Notes under the pieces: generated by a model | What the model was told of the DNA's origin: nothing | Seen by the model: the letters and a program-made list of their open reading frames with translations, nothing else | The model's database searches: none | DNA from: a virus | Lineage: Duplodnaviria; Heunggongvirae; Uroviricota; Caudoviricetes | IMG/VR virus record: IMGVR_UViG_3300032050_000030 | Strand: one strand, 5' to 3' | Length of the DNA: 64,000 nt | Program-made: the position numbers and the translations under genes | In this document: positions 8,735 through 16,423 of the stretch, piece by piece | Position numbering within the stretch: position 1 is the stretch's first letter | How the letters are laid out: each line of letters starts with the position of its first letter

Positions 8735-9604
8735 TTAATAATCAGCACCATCTTCAGAGATGACAGCATCAGATGCTACCAAATCATCTCCTTCGTTATA
8801 GTCTTTCAGGTCCTTAAGAACATAGAAGTCTTTACATCCATATTCTCCAGTGACATTGAGCACAAACCTTTCGTGAGGCTTGAGATCAGTGCTTTTCTTA
8901 GCACGAAGACCATTAATGGTTGTAGGATTGCTGAAGTCAATCAATCTAAATTGCTTCAAATTGTATGCAGGGAGGAATGCTTTATTGTATACACCCTGAT
9001 ATTGCTTGGTTTCTTCATCCCTGATTACAGTTTTCACTGTAGCAAGGGCTACTACAGATGTAGAGAATTCACCACCAACTTGTTCTTTGATAGCTTTTAC
9101 ATTTCCTTTCATCAGAGATTTCCACTCAAGCTGGAGAGTGGTTTCTGCTTCACGGTAGTCAAGATTACCCAACCATGTGCGCATGAAGTTGTAGAGTTCT
9201 TCCTCACCAACAAATGCTACACGATAGTCACGCTTAGTGAACCATTGAGGAAGATTGTTTGGATCATCACTCCAGGAACAAACACCAACATTGTTGATAT
9301 ATTGTTTCTTTGTACCATCCTTATTAACCTTTTCTTTGTTCTCAAGGAAGAATGTCACCTTGAATTTGTCCTTGTTCTTCACCTCTTCAAGCCAGAAATC
9401 TACACGAAGTGTGGTTTTGTCATCTTGACTAGTACCAAGATACTCTGTAGCTCTGCTGTCTTCTTTGAGATCCATACCAAGGGTCTCTTTGTACTCTTCA
9501 ATAGAAGGATTTACAGCGATTACATTTGCCTCAAATAATCCCACTTTTTTGGAATACTCTGTCTGTTGTACTTGTTCTCTCTTTTTTCCGCCAATGTTTG
9601 ACAT
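8735..9604 (-). CDS. hypothetical protein (SSB or annealing-protein candidate by position only)
   Basis: 289 aa ORF between the Sak4-like ATPase and the primase-like gene; no motif recognised. Confidence 0.4.
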   Translation of the reverse strand: MSNIGGKKREQVQQTEYSKKVGLFEANVIAVNPSIEEYKETLGMDLKEDSRATEYLGTSQDDKTTLRVDFWLEEVKNKDKFKVTFFLENKEKVNKDGTKKQYINNVGVCSWSDDPNNLPQWFTKRDYRVAFVGEEELYNFMRTWLGNLDYREAETTLQLEWKSLMKGNVKAIKEQVGGEFSTSVVALATVKTVIRDEETKQYQGVYNKAFLPAYNLKQFRLIDFSNPTTINGLRAKKSTDLKPHERFVLNVTGEYGCKDFYVLKDLKDYNEGDDLVASDAVISEDGADY

Positions 9605-9625
9605 GTTTTCTAGTTTTTATTGTTA

Positions 9626-10297
9626 TTAATTATAATACTCATCGATTTTCTTGCATACATAATCCAAGTTGTTTGGTATTTTGATTTCATCAAACATACC
9701 ATCTGGACTCTTTGCAGGAAGTTTCTTAAATCTGTTGGTAACGAAATAATAATTAGTAGAGCCATCTTTGTTCTCTTCTACATGTGTATATAAACACACA
9801 GTGAGCAAACCTTCAAGCAGCACCTGATTATCAATCAGCTTACCTGCTGTCTTAATCTTATATCCTACAATATCACCACCATCTTCAATAGTTTCAGGAT
9901 GTGAGAAGTAGAACACTTTGATGTCATCACGAAGCTTACGAGCTTCTCTCATAAGTTCCACCATATCTTTAGCCATCAAGCTGAACTTGGTATAGCCCAC
10001 CTCTGTAGCTTTAGATACAATGTTAAATCCCATGATGTAATTGCTGTCCTCGATAACAATGTTCTTGATGTGAGGAGCTTTGTCAGAAATAGTCCTAAGA
10101 AGTCTGGTGATTTCATTAGCATCATCCACCTCCTTGTAATTACGCTTTTCAGCGTTATAGAGCTTTTCTGATCCCTTGAACGGAAGTTCTTTCTTTGCTA
10201 CATTGATAATGTACGTTTCTTCTGGGTTCAAATGTTTGATTGATGTGGATTTGCCAGTACCTGTAGCACCAACAATCCCGATTAATTTGCTTGCCAT
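9626..10297 (-). CDS. P-loop NTPase (AAA_24 / Sak4-like phage ATPase candidate)
   Basis: 223 aa; N-terminal Walker A GIVGATGTGKST, Walker B-like NIVIEDSNY; size and position resemble phage Sak4-type RecA-like ATPases. Confidence 0.5.
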   Translation of the reverse strand: MASKLIGIVGATGTGKSTSIKHLNPEETYIINVAKKELPFKGSEKLYNAEKRNYKEVDDANEITRLLRTISDKAPHIKNIVIEDSNYIMGFNIVSKATEVGYTKFSLMAKDMVELMREARKLRDDIKVFYFSHPETIEDGGDIVGYKIKTAGKLIDNQVLLEGLLTVCLYTHVEENKDGSTNYYFVTNRFKKLPAKSPDGMFDEIKIPNNLDYVCKKIDEYYN

Positions 10298-10311
10298 GTT
10301 TAAATTAGTAT

Positions 10312-10515
10312 TTAGTTAGTTTGTGAAGATACACCAAGTTCTTCAGATTTCAAAATAATTTTAGTATTCATATTACCATAATTATTCTTTGCATCTATGT
10401 AATATCTTTCAGCTTTTTCCCTATCAAAACTTCCGATGATATACCTACCATCTACATAAACAGAATACCATGGACCTTCTGCAATTCTGTATTCCTGAAC
10501 AAGTTCTATTTTCAT
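10312..10515 (-). CDS. hypothetical small protein
   Basis: 67 aa ORF overlapping the upstream helicase gene by 4 nt (ATGA coupling). Confidence 0.35.
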   Translation of the reverse strand: MKIELVQEYRIAEGPWYSVYVDGRYIIGSFDREKAERYYIDAKNNYGNMNTKIILKSEELGVSSQTN

Positions 10516-11588
10516 ACATATTTAATTTTAGATTTGTCAAAGAATTCTAATGCCTTCTTAAGCCATTTAAGCTCTACAGGCTCATCTGTGCTGATGATGT
10601 ATATCTGGGCTTTCTTATCTGGATTATTATATTCCATAGCCATACATCTGTTTATCTTCTGTGCCAGGTTTTCAGCATTGCTATCAAAGTAGTTGATAAT
10701 CACCTTGTTAAGTGGTTTGTATGTCACACCTGTATTACCAATCTTTACAACAGCCATGTGTTTACCTTCTCCTTCAGAGAAACCAATGAATGTTTCATCA
10801 CTCTTAGACTTACTATGATGTGATGGGATGCCCAGAGAGTCAGCTATTTTGGTTGTGCCACAGAATACAAGAATTCTCTCATTACGGTTGTTCTTGAGAA
10901 TATTCTTTGTAGCATTGAGCTTAGCCAAACTATTCTGTATGATTCTCATTCTGGCAAGTCTTAAGAACATTGTGTTTTTGCTCTGTCTTTCCATTTGATC
11001 TATCACCCAACCATAGCTGTCAAATTGCTTTTTCTCTGTCCTTTTCTTTCCCTTGTAATCCTGTACAACAACATTATCCAGAGGAACTCTTTTTACAATT
11101 ATCTCATAATCAACAATTACGCCCTCTTCAATAGCTTGTTCTATTGGATAGTAGGCTACAACCATTAAATCTAGTTCTTGTGCCAAAGTTTCCTCTGTCC
11201 ATTTAGATAGTGTACCTGTAAGACCTAATACATTATCATTAGCAGCTATTAAATCTTTACACACTTCTATTTGAGCTTCTGATAACAGATGTATCTCATC
11301 TATCACTACTAAATCATACTTATTGTCTTTGTACTTATGTAATGATAGATGTGTGGTGTATGTAATGAAACTATTGGTATAATTACGTTCTCTAAAATCA
11401 TCTTGCCAAGACTCCTTAATCTTGTTATCTGGATAGGCAATTAGCACCTCTTTGGGTTTTAATTGCTCCATGATATTGATTGTTGTACGTATTTTACCAA
11501 ACCTGGGACAGAGATTAAGAATACCAAACTTGCCATTCTTAATCCATTTGTCAGCAAATTCAGCTTGCCTTTGGTCTCTTAGTGTCAT
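10512..11588 (-). CDS. SF2 DEAH-box helicase
   Basis: 358 aa; Walker A-like CPRFGKIRT, motif II VVIDEIHLL (DEIH), motif III-like GLTGTL. Confidence 0.6.
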   Translation of the reverse strand: MTLRDQRQAEFADKWIKNGKFGILNLCPRFGKIRTTINIMEQLKPKEVLIAYPDNKIKESWQDDFRERNYTNSFITYTTHLSLHKYKDNKYDLVVIDEIHLLSEAQIEVCKDLIAANDNVLGLTGTLSKWTEETLAQELDLMVVAYYPIEQAIEEGVIVDYEIIVKRVPLDNVVVQDYKGKKRTEKKQFDSYGWVIDQMERQSKNTMFLRLARMRIIQNSLAKLNATKNILKNNRNERILVFCGTTKIADSLGIPSHHSKSKSDETFIGFSEGEGKHMAVVKIGNTGVTYKPLNKVIINYFDSNAENLAQKINRCMAMEYNNPDKKAQIYIISTDEPVELKWLKKALEFFDKSKIKYV

Positions 11589-11893
11589 ACTTTCTCGTTT
11601 AGAATGTAGATTTTATAGGCTGCATCAGCCACTCTATCAACTCTTGCTTTGAAATATTCCTCTTGACACAATCCATCCACTGTTTTCAGATTGTATATGA
11701 TTGTGCTGTGATCATATCCAAGTAGTTTACCCACATCACTGAGTGTCAGTTCTTCCTTGTAATATAGGAAATAAGAGAACACCTGCTTAGGTGCTGTTAC
11801 ACGCTTAGCCCTACCCTTAATTTCCATGAAGTTCTCTGGAACATCAAACTCTCTAGCAATCACCTTTGCCAGCATCTGTTGCTTTTCAGTCAT
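11585..11893 (-). CDS. DnaA C-terminal (domain IV) DNA-binding domain-like protein
   Basis: 102 aa; GRAKRVTAPKQVFSYFLYYKEELTLSDVGKLLGYDHSTIIYNLKTV matches the DnaA domain-IV HTH pattern (R.K.I...RQ..MYL...T..S...IG..FG.RDHSTV.HA..KI). Confidence 0.5.
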   Translation of the reverse strand: MTEKQQMLAKVIAREFDVPENFMEIKGRAKRVTAPKQVFSYFLYYKEELTLSDVGKLLGYDHSTIIYNLKTVDGLCQEEYFKARVDRVADAAYKIYILNEKV

Positions 11894-12132
11894 AAATATT
11901 TGATTAAATTACCTTTTTGATCCAATAGAGCCACAATATTAAACTTCTTATCATATTCTTCAAACACACGAGCTATTATATCATTCATGTTATATCCGTT
12001 TGTTTGCAGATATATGAACAGCTCATTGGGATTCAGTGGCTTATGATTTAATTTCTCGTGTGTTGTGTAATAATGATAGACAACATTGAGAGGCTCATAT
12101 GTTTTCGATCTGATATACTGGTCTTTTGTCAT
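11890..12132 (-). CDS. hypothetical small protein
   Basis: 80 aa ORF, 4-nt overlap coupling with neighbours. Confidence 0.35.
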   Translation of the reverse strand: MTKDQYIRSKTYEPLNVVYHYYTTHEKLNHKPLNPNELFIYLQTNGYNMNDIIARVFEEYDKKFNIVALLDQKGNLIKYL

Positions 12133-12301
12133 TGGTATAGATTAATATAGTTGTGCTCCAGAAAAGCCATTCTAGATTAATAGCCATATGTTTCTCATCA
12201 TCATACGAATGATATACAGCAATTGTAGGAATTAAAACACATTGCCAAAATAGTCTGTCTTTTCTAGGGAACGTTGATAGTGTCAATAGTTTAATTTTCA
12301 T
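12095..12301 (-). CDS. hypothetical small protein
   Basis: 68 aa ORF overlapping its neighbour; weak. Confidence 0.25.
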   Translation of the reverse strand: MKIKLLTLSTFPRKDRLFWQCVLIPTIAVYHSYDDEKHMAINLEWLFWSTTILIYTNDKRPVYQIENI

Positions 12302-12302
12302 G

Positions 12303-13400
12303 TTATTTGTTTAAGAAAAAAGATTTGTTAAGTACGGAACTATAGTCATCATCAGTGATTTCTTTACGCTTGGGTAGCTCTTTGAACATACCAATTTGGC
12401 CCATAAAGCCCAAACCAATTCTTACATCATCTTCACCATAGCTGTTTTTAATAAGTCGCAATGATCTGAAATACTTTGCACCTGTGGTCTTGTCTAGTAG
12501 TTTATCTAAATCATATCCAGAAGAATCAGCCACCTTATACCTCATAGGATCAAACAATGCTAATACAACATCAGCATCGTTCTGTGTGGAGCTTGATTCT
12601 GCAAAATCCTCCAGTTGTGGTTCTACATCACCATTCTTGAGTCGTTGCATATTGGAAATAGATCTATTGAACTGACTAACTGCCACTGGTGTATAACCAT
12701 AAAAATCTCTGGCATATCTCAGCTCATCACTCATCTTGTCAATAGCCTCCTTTTTAGTAGGCTGGTCCTTTGTGGTTTTAATCAAACCTACGTGGTCTAA
12801 TATAACAATTGTTATCTCATTCTCATTATTAGGGAAATAACGTTTGTTGAATTCATCCACTTGTTCAATCCTACCGTGCTGTAGAGCATGTGCTTTTAGT
12901 TCTTTAGCAATACCTACAGCATTCTCTGGACCATCAATAATTGTAATTACATCTTCCATTTGTCCCAGATAGTCCTCATACATCAGGAACAAATCATGCT
13001 CATCGTGGGACATTTTATCATTCCAGCCCAATAGCTTAGCTACAGGAATAATAATCCCGTGATCTAGAAATATCTTTCTACTCACCCATTTAGCAAACTT
13101 ATATGTTCTAGACCTCTCCATTGAACGATATATAATGCGTAATTTGATCTTAGAGGGCACAGTGTCCGTTATTTCAGACATTTTAGGGGTATTTTGTCCG
13201 ATATACCAATCAAATGGGTTTAGAACAAATGCATCATCAATAAAACTTGTCTTACCTGAACCAGTGAGACCACCTACAAGGAAATACATAGACTTCCTAA
13301 TACCAATGTATTTATTGAGCCTATTAAACCCCATAGGTATACCATTGTTCCTACCCTCTAAACCAGCATTTACTTCCGCTTTTAATAGCTCAAAACTCAT
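12303..13400 (-). CDS. DnaB-like replicative helicase (RecA-fold C-terminal domain)
   Basis: 365 aa; Walker A GGLTGSGKTSF, Walker B IVILDHVGLI; architecture typical of phage DnaB-family helicases. Confidence 0.6.
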   Translation of the reverse strand: MSFELLKAEVNAGLEGRNNGIPMGFNRLNKYIGIRKSMYFLVGGLTGSGKTSFIDDAFVLNPFDWYIGQNTPKMSEITDTVPSKIKLRIIYRSMERSRTYKFAKWVSRKIFLDHGIIIPVAKLLGWNDKMSHDEHDLFLMYEDYLGQMEDVITIIDGPENAVGIAKELKAHALQHGRIEQVDEFNKRYFPNNENEITIVILDHVGLIKTTKDQPTKKEAIDKMSDELRYARDFYGYTPVAVSQFNRSISNMQRLKNGDVEPQLEDFAESSSTQNDADVVLALFDPMRYKVADSSGYDLDKLLDKTTGAKYFRSLRLIKNSYGEDDVRIGLGFMGQIGMFKELPKRKEITDDDYSSVLNKSFFLNK

Positions 13401-13600
13401 TATTTGAATGTTTTATCGTAATAATTGTTTACAAACTTGATTTTCCAGTCTCCTGTATGTCCATCTTCATCTAAAGCATGTAACATAGCATTGATTATAT
13501 GTTCTTTCTCTATTTGTTTAGCTTGTGCATATTCCAACTCAGGTAACAACACATTGTAATCTTCAAAGTATTTTTTAACTAACCATTCTACTGCTGTCAT
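13400..13600 (-). CDS. hypothetical small protein, paralog of adjacent gene
   Basis: 66 aa; TAVEWLVKKYFED... shares N-terminal TAVEWL and overall pattern with the neighbouring 71-aa protein. Confidence 0.4.
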   Translation of the reverse strand: MTAVEWLVKKYFEDYNVLLPELEYAQAKQIEKEHIINAMLHALDEDGHTGDWKIKFVNNYYDKTFK

Positions 13601-13812
13601 TTGTTATATGTTTCGTTGTAGTAATTTTCAGAAGTTTCTTGATTCGGACATTCTGCATTAAAATAATCTGCTGAATTATATTCTCCACTTTTAAAAGCAT
13701 TAATTACTTGCATTTTTTCTATTGCTTTGGCTTGTTCATAAATTCCTTGTTTGAATAATCCATCCTTAACATACTGTTCAATTAACCATTCAACTGCCGT
13801 TTGTTGTGCCAT
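13597..13812 (-). CDS. hypothetical small protein, paralog of adjacent gene
   Basis: 71 aa; AQQTAVEWLIEQYVKDG...; tandem duplicate with 4-nt overlap. Confidence 0.4.
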   Translation of the reverse strand: MAQQTAVEWLIEQYVKDGLFKQGIYEQAKAIEKMQVINAFKSGEYNSADYFNAECPNQETSENYYNETYNK

Positions 13813-13818
13813 AGTTTA

Positions 13819-14439
13819 TTAAATGTCAACACCCCCAATAGGAGTATTGGATTCTTTAATTTTAACGCCTTCTCTAACTAGTTCAATGAATGGCTCAAAA
13901 GTTCGTTGATTCAGGTAAGTGAGAGAGTTTTGCATAAAGCTCATTTTATTGGTTGCTGTCTTTATGGAATTCTCTTTCTTCTGTAAGATTTCCATTTCTA
14001 ATGCAGCAATCAAATCATCTGATGTATATTCTCCCTCTCCTATAATCTTGTTAAACTTAAGCTTACACTCATCTTTCTTAACTCGTAAACCTCTGGTGCC
14101 ATTGAAAGTTTTACCATTATATGCAAATGTATCTGTACCTGGATAGGCTTTCCACCAGGCTTCAAATCCATCATGATCAGGCTTTCTCTTCACCAATGTC
14201 TCTGCTGTCTCACTAGCAAGGAAAGCAAGGATGTCCTTGCCTTCCGTTGTTAGTTTGTAGTCCTCGGTTATTAGCCCTTTACGTATAACAGTTTGACAGA
14301 GTAGGTTAAGTTTTGATGAGTTTTCACATTCACATTGCACATCATAATCCTGGCTGATCAGCTTCAACAGGAATATCATATCCAGTGTATACCCTTTCGT
14401 TATTATAGTCTCGAACTTTTGGAAGCTGTTTATTACCAT
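13819..14439 (-). CDS. hypothetical protein
   Basis: 206 aa ORF. Confidence 0.4.
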   Translation of the reverse strand: MVINSFQKFETIITKGYTLDMIFLLKLISQDYDVQCECENSSKLNLLCQTVIRKGLITEDYKLTTEGKDILAFLASETAETLVKRKPDHDGFEAWWKAYPGTDTFAYNGKTFNGTRGLRVKKDECKLKFNKIIGEGEYTSDDLIAALEMEILQKKENSIKTATNKMSFMQNSLTYLNQRTFEPFIELVREGVKIKESNTPIGGVDI

Positions 14440-14572
14440 CGTTAATCACTTTAATTATTGCTTCATTTCTATTAATCTCTTCCATTATTTGAGCTTTGAG
14501 CTCTTCTACCTGTTCCTGCAAATATATTGCATCTGTCAGGAAATCCCTTTCAAAATCTTCTTGGATCATCAT
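14342..14572 (-). CDS. hypothetical small protein (start probably at internal MMIQEDF)
   Basis: Track ORF 14342..14707 overlaps the next gene in another frame; the internal Met gives a ~76-aa coiled-coil-like product. Confidence 0.25.
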   Translation of the reverse strand: MMIQEDFERDFLTDAIYLQEQVEELKAQIMEEINRNEAIIKVINDGNKQLPKVRDYNNERVYTGYDIPVEADQPGL

Positions 14573-14822
14573 CTGTTGGTATTTTAGCTTGAAGTGAATG
14601 TAATGAATCTGATTCCTCTTCTGTTTCAAATGTAAAAGGAATATAGATGGGTGCGTTACTAGCACCAAAATACTGCTTAAGATATTGATTACCAAACTCA
14701 TCAGCAACCATCTCTATATGATTGCCATCAACTATAATGTATGTCTTTTCCTCATCAGAGGAAACTTCCTTTTGTGCCTTGCAAGATACGAAAACTAGAG
14801 CTAAAAGCAAAATGTTCTTCAT
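14550..14822 (-). CDS. putative secreted/lipoprotein (signal peptide with Cys)
   Basis: 90 aa; MKNILLLALVFVSCKAQ = signal peptide ending in a lipobox-like VFVSC. Confidence 0.4.
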   Translation of the reverse strand: MKNILLLALVFVSCKAQKEVSSDEEKTYIIVDGNHIEMVADEFGNQYLKQYFGASNAPIYIPFTFETEEESDSLHSLQAKIPTDDDPRRF

Positions 14823-14831
14823 ATATTATTT

Positions 14832-15386
14832 TTAATATGCTGCCCATCCAAAGAATAACCATTTACCCTCTCTTTCATCAGAAGCTCTTTTATATGTCAC
14901 CTTAGCAACAAGAGCATGATCTTTCTTCTCAAGCACTCTTTCCATTCTGATCATAGTGGTACATTGATGCTTCTCTGAATACTCACGAGCAAGTTTAACA
15001 GCTTCTCCTTTTGTAGGAGCAGACATAACTCTGTCTTCACTACAATAAACAACATACATCAACACCCATTTCTTTGTTCCAGGTGTGACAATATGTTCCA
15101 CTTGGGTCTTTATCTTATTTGTATTACTCTTAGGCTCCTGAATACAAATAGCCTGAGCACCCTGATGTTTTGTGAGCTTATCCTGTTGTCCATCTATGTA
15201 CTCATTCAAGCTCTTACCACTAGCTTTAAACTCTCTGGTTACATCTCTGAAACCAGCAGAGCTATTAATCTCACCACTGTATCCCTCTTGATGACCATGC
15301 TCATAATTAGCATCTTCTACAGCACTATTGTATGCATCTCTAACGCTATTGCCCATACCATAGGTTCTAAACCAATTTGCTCCCAT
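14832..15386 (-). CDS. hypothetical protein
   Basis: 184 aa ORF. Confidence 0.4.
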   Translation of the reverse strand: MGANWFRTYGMGNSVRDAYNSAVEDANYEHGHQEGYSGEINSSAGFRDVTREFKASGKSLNEYIDGQQDKLTKHQGAQAICIQEPKSNTNKIKTQVEHIVTPGTKKWVLMYVVYCSEDRVMSAPTKGEAVKLAREYSEKHQCTTMIRMERVLEKKDHALVAKVTYKRASDEREGKWLFFGWAAY

Positions 15387-15720
15387 CTTGTTCTTCTTTT
15401 AATTTGTTAAGAATATCCTTGTGCTCGTCTATTGTAGGAACTATTCTCAGTCCATAATACAAATTAAACTCAGCAAGGATCTGTTTAGCTTTGTTGGTGT
15501 TGCACTTAAACACTTTCTTGATTAATGGAAAAGCGTAAACATCAAAGTCTCTCAGCTCTTCCAATGTCAATGTGTTATTATGATACCATTCTGGATCATC
15601 TTTAACATCATCTATTGTTTTACCAATCATCTTTAATTGGAAACCAATAAGATGCATTACGAGGTTTTCGCGTGTTATCTTTTCCATAATTTGGCGTGTT
15701 TTTACTTCCGAGTTTGGCAA
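15367..15720 (-). CDS. hypothetical protein
   Basis: 117 aa ORF. Confidence 0.4.
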   Translation of the reverse strand: MPNSEVKTRQIMEKITRENLVMHLIGFQLKMIGKTIDDVKDDPEWYHNNTLTLEELRDFDVYAFPLIKKVFKCNTNKAKQILAEFNLYYGLRIVPTIDEHKDILNKLKEEQDGSKLV

Positions 15721-15721
15721 A

Positions 15722-16330
15722 TTAATGATTCATCACTTTAAGTCTAGGAACAAGTGTAAATCCTAATACATCTAAAATCTTCATAATAGTAGAATACGAA
15801 GGATTTCCTTCTCCTTTTTCTATTTGAAATATTGTTTTAGTTGACACTTGAACTAGTTCTGCCAAATCTTCTTGAGTTATTTTTAAGTTTTTCCTTCTAT
15901 TTCTTATAAACGTATGGATTTCAGAGAGCTCAGCCACTTCAGATTTTAAATCTTGTAACATTTCATTAAGTTTTTCTTGTTCTTCAGAAATGTCTTGTTG
16001 TAGTTTTTCAATAGCAGAACCTTTGTATATTATAGAATTCATCAATCTACAACCCTTGCTTTCATAAAACTGTATCCAAAACTTCTCTTTTACAAGCAAA
16101 TTATCTTCACAGCATTCCTCAAGAACGTCTATCAATGGACATAGTCCTTGTTCTCTTAGTTCCATAACCCAATGATTAACTGATTCATTATGTGAAAAAG
16201 TCAAATGGGCTTTAGCTCTTTTCAATCCAGAACTACTCTTACCTATATATCTGTATTCATCTGTTTTAGGACATCTAAGTCCATATATTAAATATTCACT
16301 CATGATACAAATATACGTAAAATAATTCAC
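15722..16330 (-). CDS. GIY-YIG nuclease domain protein with C-terminal XRE-type HTH
   Basis: 202 aa; N-terminus YLIYGLRCPKTDEYRYIGKS (GIY...YIG); C-terminus ITQEDLAELVQVSTKTIFQIEKGEGNPSYSTIMKILDVLG is an XRE HTH; preceded by its own hairpin. Confidence 0.6.
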   Translation of the reverse strand: MNYFTYICIMSEYLIYGLRCPKTDEYRYIGKSSSGLKRAKAHLTFSHNESVNHWVMELREQGLCPLIDVLEECCEDNLLVKEKFWIQFYESKGCRLMNSIIYKGSAIEKLQQDISEEQEKLNEMLQDLKSEVAELSEIHTFIRNRRKNLKITQEDLAELVQVSTKTIFQIEKGEGNPSYSTIMKILDVLGFTLVPRLKVMNH

Positions 16331-16377
16331 ATTTCCAAATTTTACGTAATATATTTCTGATTAGTAATAACATGTCA

Positions 16378-16412
16378 TTAAAAGGGACAAAAAGGTTGTT
16401 TCGTCCCCTTTA
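16378..16412 (-). terminator. imperfect hairpin (aaagggac ... gtcccctt) between polymerase stop and GIY-YIG gene
   Basis: 5-8 bp stem with a bulge, loop ~14 nt; weaker than the other terminators. Confidence 0.3.
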
Positions 16413-16423
16413 ATAACACGTTA

